IMG/VR virus record: IMGVR_UViG_3300025840_004398
Length of the DNA: 64,000 nt
From: a virus
Lineage: Duplodnaviria > Caudoviricetes
Reading direction: 5' to 3' (one strand)
Of the stretch, positions 1-8,754 are shown piece by piece. Made by a program: the position numbers and the translations under genes. The notes under the pieces are model-generated. The model saw only the letters and a list, made by a program, of their open reading frames with translations. It did not search any database and was not told where the DNA came from. The stretch's first letter is position 1. Each line of letters opens with the position of its first letter.

Positions 1-2
1 TA

Positions 3-497
3 CGCCTTGCTACTGTGTTTGGAACATCACCAAGAATGAGAATGGACTTGTTAGTAAACGAATTTGTTTACAAAGCACTAACTGATAAGTACATTACACT
101 TTTTGAGAGAAAGTTTGTACGAAACTTCATTCATATCAGAGATGTTGCATTGGTATTTAGAAAAATGATAAACCAATATGACCAATGGACTAATAATGGT
201 AAATTTGGTAGAGTATTTAATGTAGGTTTATCTTCAGCAAATCTAACCAAACAAGAATTATGTGAAGCAATCAAAGAACAGATACCTTCATTTGAGATTT
301 TCCACAATGATAATTACGAGGACCCTGATAAACGAGATTATGTAGTATCAAATGAGTTACTTGAAAGTTGTGGGTGGAAACCAAGATACACTTTAGAAGA
401 AGGTATTGAAGAATTGATTAAATGTTACACAATTCTAATTAAAGATTTAAGTTCAAAGTATAGAAATGATTTTCCATTAGGTTATGGCATTAAATAG
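3..497 (+). CDS. NAD-dependent epimerase/dehydratase (extended SDR), C-terminal part; 5' end lies outside the window
   Basis: Frame is open from base 3 (RLATVFGTSPRMRMDLLVN...RNFIHIRDVA...FNVG...DKRDY), typical of the substrate-binding half of an extended SDR; sits next to other sugar genes. Confidence 0.85.
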   Translation, partial: RLATVFGTSPRMRMDLLVNEFVYKALTDKYITLFERKFVRNFIHIRDVALVFRKMINQYDQWTNNGKFGRVFNVGLSSANLTKQELCEAIKEQIPSFEIFHNDNYEDPDKRDYVVSNELLESCGWKPRYTLEEGIEELIKCYTILIKDLSSKYRNDFPLGYGIK

Positions 498-1068
498 AAG
501 TATATTTTACAAAGAACGAGATTGGAACGATTTCCATTATTACAATGGTTCGGTACTCAACGAGGTAAAGGTTGTACAACCATCTACTTACTATGAGTTC
601 AGAGGTTCTATATCTACCACTTACCATTCAGATTACTACGATAGGTTACTACCTGCGAACGAACGTAACGAAGGTTTACAATTCAAACATGATAGGTACT
701 CAAAATCAAAATATGGAGTTCTTAGAGGATTACATTATGATGAAAAAACTTGGAAGTTGGTAAGTTGTATTCATGGTAAAATTTATTTAGTAGTATTAGA
801 TGTAAGACCTTACTCAACCACTTATGGTAAATGGGAATCTTTTATTCTTTCACCTGAAACAGGAACACAAGTTCTTATTCCACCAAACTTTGCAAATGGA
901 CACTTTGTAATGGAAGATGATTCAATCTTCTTTTATAAGATGGCATATCAAGGTGAGTATAATGATGAGAACAAGCAAAAAACGATTGTATTTAACAATC
1001 CTAAGTTTAATATAGATTGGCCAGTACAATCACCAATCTTATCAAAACGAGATAGATATGAACATTAA
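484..1068 (+). CDS. rfbC: dTDP-4-dehydrorhamnose 3,5-epimerase (RmlC/RfbC cupin family)
   Basis: GVLRGLHY...KLVSC..GKIY.VVLDVR..S.TYGKW...L......VLIPP.FANG motifs match RmlC. Confidence 0.85.
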   Translation: MALNRSIFYKERDWNDFHYYNGSVLNEVKVVQPSTYYEFRGSISTTYHSDYYDRLLPANERNEGLQFKHDRYSKSKYGVLRGLHYDEKTWKLVSCIHGKIYLVVLDVRPYSTTYGKWESFILSPETGTQVLIPPNFANGHFVMEDDSIFFYKMAYQGEYNDENKQKTIVFNNPKFNIDWPVQSPILSKRDRYEH

Positions 1069-1696
1069 AAATTTAGATTACCACGAAGATAGATGGACTG
1101 AAGGTAATTGGTCTGTACAAGATTTAATAGATTTTGAAGATGATATCATAAAACATTGGGAAGGTGGAGAAATCACAGGACCAATTCACCTATCAAATGG
1201 TAACGAAAAAGAACTAATTAGAATATTCAATAAAATTGGTATTGACGATTGGGTATTCTCAACTTGGAGGTCTCATTATCACGCACTTTTACATGGTATG
1301 GAACCTTCGGTATTAAAACAAAAAATTTTAGATGGTAAATCCATAACAATTGTAGATAAAGATTCTAAGTTTTATGCTTCTGCAATCGTAACTGGTACTT
1401 TACCAATTGCATTAGGAGTTGCAAAAGCAATCAAACTCCAAAAATCAGATAATAAAGTTTGGGTATTCTTAGGAGATATGGCATTTGAAAGTGGAATCTT
1501 TTATGAAGTTCACAAATATGCAAGAAACTATGATTTACCTTTGTATTTCGTGGTAGAAGATAATGGTGTAAGTACAAATACACCTACATTAGATACATGG
1601 AATGGTATTCAAAGAGAAATACCAGAAGATGTGATATATTATAAGTATGAATCAAAATATCCCCACTATGGGACAGGAAAATGGGTAGTATTTTAG
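1058..1696 (+). CDS. ThDP-dependent enzyme, E1-alpha/transketolase N-like subunit (short, 212 aa)
   Basis: GPIHLS.G.E, STWRSHYHAL, SAIV.G.LPIALG.A, and the ThDP-binding GD(M)...EDN motif. Confidence 0.85.
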   Translation: MNIKNLDYHEDRWTEGNWSVQDLIDFEDDIIKHWEGGEITGPIHLSNGNEKELIRIFNKIGIDDWVFSTWRSHYHALLHGMEPSVLKQKILDGKSITIVDKDSKFYASAIVTGTLPIALGVAKAIKLQKSDNKVWVFLGDMAFESGIFYEVHKYARNYDLPLYFVVEDNGVSTNTPTLDTWNGIQREIPEDVIYYKYESKYPHYGTGKWVVF

Positions 1697-2613
1697 TAAC
1701 AGGTTGTAGTGGTTTAGTAGGAACTCATTTAGTTCACAAATTATTAGAAAAAGATTATTATGTTGTGGGTGTAGATTTGTATAAATCAGACAATTTACCA
1801 ACACATGATAAGTTTACTTTTCATAATATTGATTTAAGAGACCCATACGATGTAAATGTATTATTTAGTCAACATCAATTTGGTGGTGTGGTAAATGCAT
1901 TTGGAATTAAAGGTTCGCCAATTAAAGCAAAGGAAAATCCTGTTGATTTTTTAGAACCATCAATTAAAGTAAATACAAATATTATAGATAATTGTGTAAA
2001 AAGAAAAATTTGGCTGGTTTTTATGAGTTCGGTAGGAGTTTATGAACCAGCAGAAGAATTTGTAGAAGATACAGTATGGAAAACACTTCCATCACCAAAC
2101 GATTGGTTTCCATCTTGGTCAAAAAGAATACCAGAGTTGTATTTAGAAGCTCACAAAGTTCAACATGGATACGATAAATGGACAATTGTAAGACCAGCAA
2201 ACATTTTTGGTGAATATGATAATTTCGGAGATGGTGCAACTGTAATCGGAGCAACTTGTAGAAAAGTTTACGAATCGGATGGTGAGATTGAAGCATGGGG
2301 AGATGGAACACCAACTCGTGATTTTATTTATGCAGGAGATGTTGCTGATGGTTGTATCAAATGTTTAGAAGATAAACTGCATATAACAACTAACTTAGGA
2401 AGTGGTGAAGAAATATCAATCAAACGAATGATTGAAACTGTTGCCAAAGTTAGTGGTAAAGAAATAAAAATTAATTGGGATACATCCAAACCCAATGGTG
2501 ATATGAGAAGAAGAATGAGTACTAAGATACAAGAACAATTCGGTCTATTACCAAAACTTGGATTTGAACAAGGAATAAAACGAACATACGAACATTATGA
2601 AAAAAACAGATAA
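1681..2613 (+). CDS. NAD-dependent epimerase/reductase (extended SDR, GDP-sugar epimerase-like)
   Basis: ILVTGCSGLVG Rossmann motif, SSVGVY, RPANIFG, WGDG...RDFIY..DVA. Confidence 0.85.
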   Translation: MGSILVTGCSGLVGTHLVHKLLEKDYYVVGVDLYKSDNLPTHDKFTFHNIDLRDPYDVNVLFSQHQFGGVVNAFGIKGSPIKAKENPVDFLEPSIKVNTNIIDNCVKRKIWLVFMSSVGVYEPAEEFVEDTVWKTLPSPNDWFPSWSKRIPELYLEAHKVQHGYDKWTIVRPANIFGEYDNFGDGATVIGATCRKVYESDGEIEAWGDGTPTRDFIYAGDVADGCIKCLEDKLHITTNLGSGEEISIKRMIETVAKVSGKEIKINWDTSKPNGDMRRRMSTKIQEQFGLLPKLGFEQGIKRTYEHYEKNR

Positions 2614-3589
2614 AATATTAGTTACAGGAGCAAGTGGATTTATAGGTTCACGATTAATCAAAATGTTATGGGAAAATGGTTATACCAATTTACGTTCCAC
2701 ATCGTGGAGTAGAGGTTTGCGAGAAGATTTCGAAGGGTGGTCAGAAGTAGAACATCTAAATGGAGATTTGAGAGATGCGGATTTCTGTCAAAGAGTTTCG
2801 GAGGGAGTTGATGTTGTATTCCACGCAGCAGCAAACACTTCGAATGCATTAGACACTAAAGTAAATCCACTACTCCATGTAACACCTAACGTAGAAATGA
2901 ATACAAACCTTATGGAACAAAGTTGGAGAAACAAAGTTCGTAAGTTTATGTTTATTTCTTCTAACACAACTTACCCTGATGTGGGTGATGAGTATTGTAC
3001 AGAAGAAATGGAAGTACAAACTCCAAATATTTATCCTGTCTACAAGGCAGTTGGTTGGATGAAGAGATATGGAGAAACTCTTTGTGAGTTTTTCTCTAAC
3101 CAAATCCATGACCCAATGCAATGTGTAATCATCAGACCTTCAAATGCATTTGGACCAAATGATAAATTCGATTATGAGAAGTGTCATGTAACACCCGCAA
3201 ACATTCGTAAGGTTGCAGACGGATTAAATCCAATTCCACTATGGGGAGATGGTACAGAAGTAAGAGATATTATCCATGTTGATGATATGGTAAGTGGATT
3301 TATCACAGTTGCAGAAAATGTGGATACCTATGATATCTATAACGTATGTTATGGTAAAGGACATACTGTAATGGAGGTATTAGAGTTGTTAAAAGAAATC
3401 GAAGGTAACGATAATCCTATCGAGTTTGTAAATAACAAAGCACCGATGATACCAAAGAGATTATTATCAAGTAAAAAATTAGAAAAACTTGGTTGGAAAC
3501 CAAAATACGATTTAAGAAGTGGATTAGAAGATGCACTTCGTTGGTATAAAGAAAACAAAGACCAGTTTGACCCAAATTCAAAACCATAA
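2597..3589 (+). CDS. NAD-dependent epimerase/reductase (extended SDR, GDP-fucose synthase-like)
   Basis: ILVTGASGFIG, VFHAAA, FISS..TYP, RPSNAFGP.D, LWGDG..VRD.IHVDD. Confidence 0.85.
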   Translation: MKKTDKILVTGASGFIGSRLIKMLWENGYTNLRSTSWSRGLREDFEGWSEVEHLNGDLRDADFCQRVSEGVDVVFHAAANTSNALDTKVNPLLHVTPNVEMNTNLMEQSWRNKVRKFMFISSNTTYPDVGDEYCTEEMEVQTPNIYPVYKAVGWMKRYGETLCEFFSNQIHDPMQCVIIRPSNAFGPNDKFDYEKCHVTPANIRKVADGLNPIPLWGDGTEVRDIIHVDDMVSGFITVAENVDTYDIYNVCYGKGHTVMEVLELLKEIEGNDNPIEFVNNKAPMIPKRLLSSKKLEKLGWKPKYDLRSGLEDALRWYKENKDQFDPNSKP

Positions 3590-4137
3590 TGAGTAAACCA
3601 GAATTCACACCTTATGTAGATGCACTAACAGAGGCAATGAAATTGTGTATGGATGAACCATCTACAATTTTTATAGGACAACAAATTGTTTATTATGGAA
3701 ATCCAATGTCAAAGACAATTGAAGGTTTACCAAAGGAACGAATGATTGAAACTCCAGTCATGGAAGAAACTCAAATGGGAATGACTATGGGTCTTGCAAT
3801 GGCAGAACATCAAGTTGTTACTTTTTATCCTCGTTGGGATTTTCTAATTCTCGCGTGTAATCAGTTGGTAAATCACTTGGATAAGTTAGAAGCGATGTCT
3901 GATGGTGAGTGGAAACCAAACGTAATTGTAAGAGTTGGTAAAGGAAGTGATAAACCACTTGACCCAGGTCATCAACACAAAGCAGATTATACAGAACCAT
4001 TCAAACAAATTTTAACTAATGCAACTATACAAGAATTAAAGAAAGCTGAACAAATTTTACCCGCTTATCAGAGAGCTTTAGATATGGGAGGAATACATAT
4101 ACTTGTAGAATACCCAGAATTATATTATAACAATTAA
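3589..4137 (+). CDS. ThDP-dependent enzyme, E1-beta/transketolase pyrimidine-binding subunit (no C-terminal domain)
   Basis: IFIGQ, R.IETPVME..QMG...GLA, P..DFL....NQL.NH, DPGHQH motifs; only 182 aa. Confidence 0.8.
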   Translation: MSKPEFTPYVDALTEAMKLCMDEPSTIFIGQQIVYYGNPMSKTIEGLPKERMIETPVMEETQMGMTMGLAMAEHQVVTFYPRWDFLILACNQLVNHLDKLEAMSDGEWKPNVIVRVGKGSDKPLDPGHQHKADYTEPFKQILTNATIQELKKAEQILPAYQRALDMGGIHILVEYPELYYNN

Positions 4138-4139
4138 CT

Positions 4140-4271
4140 ATGAAAAAAATTTATAACTTTTTATTTGGAAGAATCACCCGTTGGAAAGAAAAAAAGAAAA
4201 TGGAAAAGATTTATAAAAAAAGATTAGAGGAATTGCGTAAAAGAGACCCCTTCATTTACAAAAATCACTAA
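4140..4271 (+). CDS. Small basic hypothetical protein, 43 aa (MKKIYNFLFGRITRWKEKKKMEKIYKKRLEELRKRDPFIYKNH); not in the supplied ORF track
   Basis: Translated by hand; ATG 2 nt after the upstream stop and fills the gap before the promoter box. Confidence 0.6.
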   Translation: MKKIYNFLFGRITRWKEKKKMEKIYKKRLEELRKRDPFIYKNH

Positions 4272-4284
4272 ACTTTTAACAAAT

Positions 4285-4294
4285 TATATTTATA
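4285..4294 (+). promoter_or_regulatory. Putative late promoter box TATATTTATA
   Basis: Recurrent intergenic motif upstream of gene starts. Confidence 0.55.
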
Positions 4295-4315
4295 TACTGA
4301 TAAGGTATATTGAAT

Positions 4316-7300
4316 ATGAGTAAACTTTCACAATATCTCGTAGAGCAAATGCTCTTAGAGGATGTAAATCCTATTAAGAAGGTCGTAGTAATTTATGGAG
4401 GCAGATTTCAACCATTCCATAAAGGACACTATGGTACTTATCAACACCTTGTCAAAAAATTCGGTAAAGATAACGTTTTTATCAGTACTTCAAACAAAGT
4501 AGAAAAACCAAAATCACCTTTTAACTTCAAAGAAAAGGTTAAGATTATGACTACTATGTTCAATATACCTAAATCAAAAATAGTACAGGTAAAAAACAAC
4601 TATGCACCGAAAGAAATCCTCGATAAATACGATAAAGAAACAACCGCCTTCGTAACTGTTGTTGGTATGAAAGATAAAAGTAGATTAGGTGGAAAGTATT
4701 TTAGACCTTGGAAGGGTGAGGCAGAAGTTGGTTATGAAGAAGGTGGATATGTGTACGCTGCACCATCACAAACCAATTCAGTTAGTGGTACTGAAGTACG
4801 AAACGGAATGTCAATGGGTTCTGATGACCAAAAAGAAAACTTTTTTACAAATAGAGCATATGGAAAGTTTAATAAGACAATCTTTAAGATGATTACTGAT
4901 AAACTGAATGAAGGTATCGCGATTCCTAAAGAAATTATTGAAGAATGGCTCATCAATGAGAGTTCTAACTTAGGTGGAAATGGTGGAAGAGATATTGATG
5001 ATGGTCCAAACTTCTTTATACCAAATTACGATGTATTCCAACGAGTATCTGCAAAAAGAGCAGCTAAGATTGGATATGAAGTGGTAAATATGATTACTTC
5101 AAAAGAAATTGAAGATTATTATGACCACCCAACTTATCCTGATGGACCTGTTAAAGCAGTTTCCTTCTTCCCTGCAGGTGTTATCGGTAACTTATCATCA
5201 AACAACCAAGTTGATATCTATTCAAGTGGTGCATACTCACAATGGTTTAAACACGCAACTCGTAAAGCTGCTTTAGCAGGATATCAATTAGTAAATTCTC
5301 TTGCTTCCAAAGAAGATATTACCCAAGATAAAAAAGTTGCAGGTGATGGAGCAAAAGGTGATAAAGAATTAAAGGATGAATTCGAAAAATCAATAAACGA
5401 AGCAATTACCTTACCAGTATCAGTTGGTGATACTATCTTAACTGGTAGATTTAAGAATAAAAAGGTAGTTGTTAAATCAATTGGTAAAGATGAACATGGT
5501 ATGCCAACCATCAATGGTAAAAAAGTAGTAACTTTCAGATTAATGAAAGAAGGATTCGTTACTGAACTTGCTGGAACTGCAGTTAGATGTGAAAAATGTA
5601 ATCATTCTTGGGATATAGAAGAAGATGATGATGAAAAATATCTATGTCATTCTTGTGGATGGGATTCACAACAACAAGAGTACGATTATGATGCATTTGA
5701 TTCATGGGCAGAAAAAAGTGGATTGTTTGAATCAATAGAAGAAGAAATAGATGAAAGAGGTGGTAAACTAAGACCAGCAGATATCCTAAGAAGAAAAGCT
5801 GCAAGAGCTGGTAAGAGAGCACAAATAGCAAGAAGAAGAAAAAGAACAATGATGAGAAAAAAACCTCTTGCAAAACTTAAAAAGATTGCCTACAAGATGG
5901 CATACAGACAAGTTTATGATGAATTTGCCCAAGAATTGTTCCCAAATACACCTAAATCAGATTTAACTATTCAACAAACTAAAGTTATTCACAGAAATGT
6001 ACTTAGAAAGAAAAAAAGAGTACTAAAAAGAGCAAGATTTAGATTCTTACCTGCTTTACGAGATAAAGAGTCTGAAAAGTTTGGTGGAAAAACTAACATT
6101 TCATTTGATAAACCAAAAGAAACCAACGAACAACTTGCAAAAGGAATGAGTTTAAAGGATATTGCTGATAAACATGGAGTTTCGTTTGAAGAATTATCAA
6201 AAGAAGCTAAAAAAGGTGTTAAAGTTGAAATGGAACATACTTCAGATGTGAAACAAGCATATAATATTGCAAAAGACCACTTATTTGAGGACCCAAAATA
6301 CTACACCAAACTTGCAACCATAGAAGAACTTGCTCCGCATGGATATCCAGACCAAAAATGGATGGATAATCACGAAAAAGAACTCAAAAAGTTGAGAACC
6401 ACAATGGATAAACAACAAAAAGAGTTCTATAAAGAACATATAAACGAATCAAACCTCCTAATGGAAGGTGGTGCGTACGGACACATGAACCACCCATTCG
6501 ATACTGATATCAATTTAACCTTTGGACAACTAAAAGATATCGTAAACAGAGCACTAGAAGGTAACTTAGAGTTAGCAAGAGAGAAAACTGATGGTCAAGC
6601 TCTTGCAATTTCATGGAGAGATGGTAGATTAGTAGCAGCAAGAAACAAAGGACACCTAAAAAACAGAGGTGAGAACGCTTTAGACATCAAAGGAGTAGCT
6701 GATAAGTTCGCTGGTAGAGGTGAATTAGAAAAGGCTTATAACTTTGCAATGCAAGACCTTTCAAAAGCAATAAGTTCACTTACTGAAAAACAAAGAAACA
6801 AGATTTTTAGAGGTGGAAGTTGTTTTATGAACCTTGAAGTAATATATCCATCCAATGCAAACGTAATTCCTTATGGTCAAGCGTTACTTGTGTTCCATGG
6901 AACGATGGAATATAATGATGAGGGTGTTGCAATTGGTGAAAATCAAGAAGCAGCAACTATTTTAGCGGGTATGATTAAACAAGTTAATCAAAATGTACAA
7001 GACAATTATACTATACAAGGTCCTCCTGTAATAAAATTGCCAAAATCACAAAACCTTTCATCAAAAAAATCAATATATACATCTAAAATCTCTAAATTAC
7101 AAAAAGAATTTAAATTAAAGGACACCGATGGAGTTGGTAATTACCACCAATCATGGTGGGAACAGTGGGTAGACAAAAATTCACCTTCATCCTTAGATAA
7201 TAGAACAAAAATGGGTCTTGTTAAAAGATGGGCTTTCTATGATAAAGGATTTAGAATCGATAAAAATAACATAAAAGACGAAAAAACTTTAAATTGGGCA

Positions 7301-7669
7301 TTAAAAACGGATAAAGAGGACCAACAGAAGATTGCTAAGAAAAATTTGATGAAATTCGAAGATATTTTCTTAGGTTTAGGAGCAGAGGTATTACAATTTA
7401 CTTCATCAGTACTAACTGTGAACCCTGATAAGGCAGTTCGTGATATGAAGAAACGAATTGATAAGACAATAAAGGATGTTAGAAAATCAGGTGACCCAAA
7501 AAAGATAGAAAAACTTAAATTAGAACTTCAAAGATTAAAATCTATTGGTGGAAAGGACAAAATAGTACCTAATGAGGGTATTGTGTTTGTTTATAACGGA
7601 AGTACCTTTAAGTTAACAGGAACATTCGCTCCTGTTAATCAATTATTAGGTATTTTCATGAGAGGATAG
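4316..7669 (+). CDS. Multidomain protein: HxGH nucleotidyltransferase (cytidylyltransferase-like) + unknown domain + SH3/KOW-like module + Zn ribbon + basic module + VEMEH..DHL module + C-terminal ligase-like (KxDG) domain
   Basis: YGGRFQPFHKGH (4418-4429) and SGTEVR; CEKC...CHSC; GVKVEMEHT...AKDHL.EDPKYYTKL; EKTDG (6581-6595), LEVIY, EGIVF, FKLTG. ATG at 4316 preferred over the TTG at 4310. Confidence 0.75.
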   Translation: MSKLSQYLVEQMLLEDVNPIKKVVVIYGGRFQPFHKGHYGTYQHLVKKFGKDNVFISTSNKVEKPKSPFNFKEKVKIMTTMFNIPKSKIVQVKNNYAPKEILDKYDKETTAFVTVVGMKDKSRLGGKYFRPWKGEAEVGYEEGGYVYAAPSQTNSVSGTEVRNGMSMGSDDQKENFFTNRAYGKFNKTIFKMITDKLNEGIAIPKEIIEEWLINESSNLGGNGGRDIDDGPNFFIPNYDVFQRVSAKRAAKIGYEVVNMITSKEIEDYYDHPTYPDGPVKAVSFFPAGVIGNLSSNNQVDIYSSGAYSQWFKHATRKAALAGYQLVNSLASKEDITQDKKVAGDGAKGDKELKDEFEKSINEAITLPVSVGDTILTGRFKNKKVVVKSIGKDEHGMPTINGKKVVTFRLMKEGFVTELAGTAVRCEKCNHSWDIEEDDDEKYLCHSCGWDSQQQEYDYDAFDSWAEKSGLFESIEEEIDERGGKLRPADILRRKAARAGKRAQIARRRKRTMMRKKPLAKLKKIAYKMAYRQVYDEFAQELFPNTPKSDLTIQQTKVIHRNVLRKKKRVLKRARFRFLPALRDKESEKFGGKTNISFDKPKETNEQLAKGMSLKDIADKHGVSFEELSKEAKKGVKVEMEHTSDVKQAYNIAKDHLFEDPKYYTKLATIEELAPHGYPDQKWMDNHEKELKKLRTTMDKQQKEFYKEHINESNLLMEGGAYGHMNHPFDTDINLTFGQLKDIVNRALEGNLELAREKTDGQALAISWRDGRLVAARNKGHLKNRGENALDIKGVADKFAGRGELEKAYNFAMQDLSKAISSLTEKQRNKIFRGGSCFMNLEVIYPSNANVIPYGQALLVFHGTMEYNDEGVAIGENQEAATILAGMIKQVNQNVQDNYTIQGPPVIKLPKSQNLSSKKSIYTSKISKLQKEFKLKDTDGVGNYHQSWWEQWVDKNSPSSLDNRTKMGLVKRWAFYDKGFRIDKNNIKDEKTLNWALKTDKEDQQKIAKKNLMKFEDIFLGLGAEVLQFTSSVLTVNPDKAVRDMKKRIDKTIKDVRKSGDPKKIEKLKLELQRLKSIGGKDKIVPNEGIVFVYNGSTFKLTGTFAPVNQLLGIFMRG

Positions 7670-7686
7670 TGTTTTTCCAATTATTA

Positions 7687-7696
7687 TATATTTATA
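7687..7696 (+). promoter_or_regulatory. Putative late promoter box TATATTTATA
   Basis: Recurrent motif, 27 nt upstream of the ATG at 7724. Confidence 0.55.
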
Positions 7697-7723
7697 TATA
7701 AAATTATAACCTAATATATAACA

Positions 7724-8383
7724 ATGGGTAAAGAATTCAAAAAGAAATATATGCACCCAACTCGTAGAAAGTTGGTAGATATGGTTCATACTGGAAAGTA
7801 TGACAAAAATGCAACTATTGGGTACGAGGGTAAGAAAGAAACTCGTAAAGTAGGTGATGTGTGGGAAGATGAACACCACAGATACGAAAAGAAAGAAGGA
7901 TTCATTGTAAAGACAGGAAAAAACTCTGAAGAATTCCAAAAAATTAGAGAATATCTAAGACAAAAATCAGAATGTAAAAATTCTGATTGTAAAACCATAA
8001 AAATAACCAAAAAAGATAAACAATTTATCGAAAAAGGTGGTTATTGTATGAATTGTACAATTGATAGAGAACATATCATTAAAACATCCGGTCTTTGGAA
8101 AGAATATGAAACATATAAGGTAACTACTCGTATGATAATCTTCGGAAAGACGAAATTAGATGCATATAGACAATCACTTGATGATTTAAAAGAAGAATAC
8201 GAAATGGTTGGTTCCGAAGGAAAAGTTACAGAAACTTGGAAACTACCAAAACCTATTGAAGAAGTTCGTTCTGAGATAAACGAATTAATTTATAGTGGAA
8301 GTATAGAGATAGAGGTTTTAGAAAAAGACAGAACTCAAGCTTTCGAGAAGTTACGAGAAGCTAACATGGAGCATTATTTATGA
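7724..8383 (+). CDS. Hypothetical protein with a possible Zn-binding CxxxxC...CxxC motif
   Basis: 219-aa ORF with typical codon usage; ECKNSDCK...GYCMNC. Confidence 0.7.
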   Translation: MGKEFKKKYMHPTRRKLVDMVHTGKYDKNATIGYEGKKETRKVGDVWEDEHHRYEKKEGFIVKTGKNSEEFQKIREYLRQKSECKNSDCKTIKITKKDKQFIEKGGYCMNCTIDREHIIKTSGLWKEYETYKVTTRMIIFGKTKLDAYRQSLDDLKEEYEMVGSEGKVTETWKLPKPIEEVRSEINELIYSGSIEIEVLEKDRTQAFEKLREANMEHYL

Positions 8384-8754
8384 GTGGTACAAGATACACA
8401 AATGCGTTAATCGTTATCTGTATGACCTTTTTGGCATTCACCCTATTCAATGTCAGAGGTTTAAAAACAGATATTCAAGGTTTCAATGAAAGAATTGATA
8501 ACATTGGAGCTGAAATAGATTCTATCCAAACTATGAACAAGGAATTGGATGGTTTAATAGAATCGTTACACACAGAACTCGAACTAATCGATGGTGATAT
8601 AGATAGAGTACAAAACAACATTTTTACAATAAGGAGAAATACAGATGAGAAAAAGAATTCTGTTGATAATCTTACTATTAGTGAGCTTCAAGAGTTTTTC
8701 GCAAAACGATACGATAGTATCCTTACGAGAACCAGTAGCGAAACTAGTAATTAA
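8380..8754 (+). CDS. Membrane-anchored coiled-coil protein (i-spanin-like)
   Basis: N-terminal hydrophobic helix ALIVICMTFLAFTLFNV followed by about 90 aa of heptad-rich sequence. Confidence 0.55.
   Translation: MSGTRYTNALIVICMTFLAFTLFNVRGLKTDIQGFNERIDNIGAEIDSIQTMNKELDGLIESLHTELELIDGDIDRVQNNIFTIRRNTDEKKNSVDNLTISELQEFFAKRYDSILTRTSSETSN

Noticed and set aside
1058-4137. Pyruvate dehydrogenase as a central-metabolism auxiliary gene
   Set aside because: Subunits are truncated, no E2 or E3 is present, and they are interleaved with sugar epimerases
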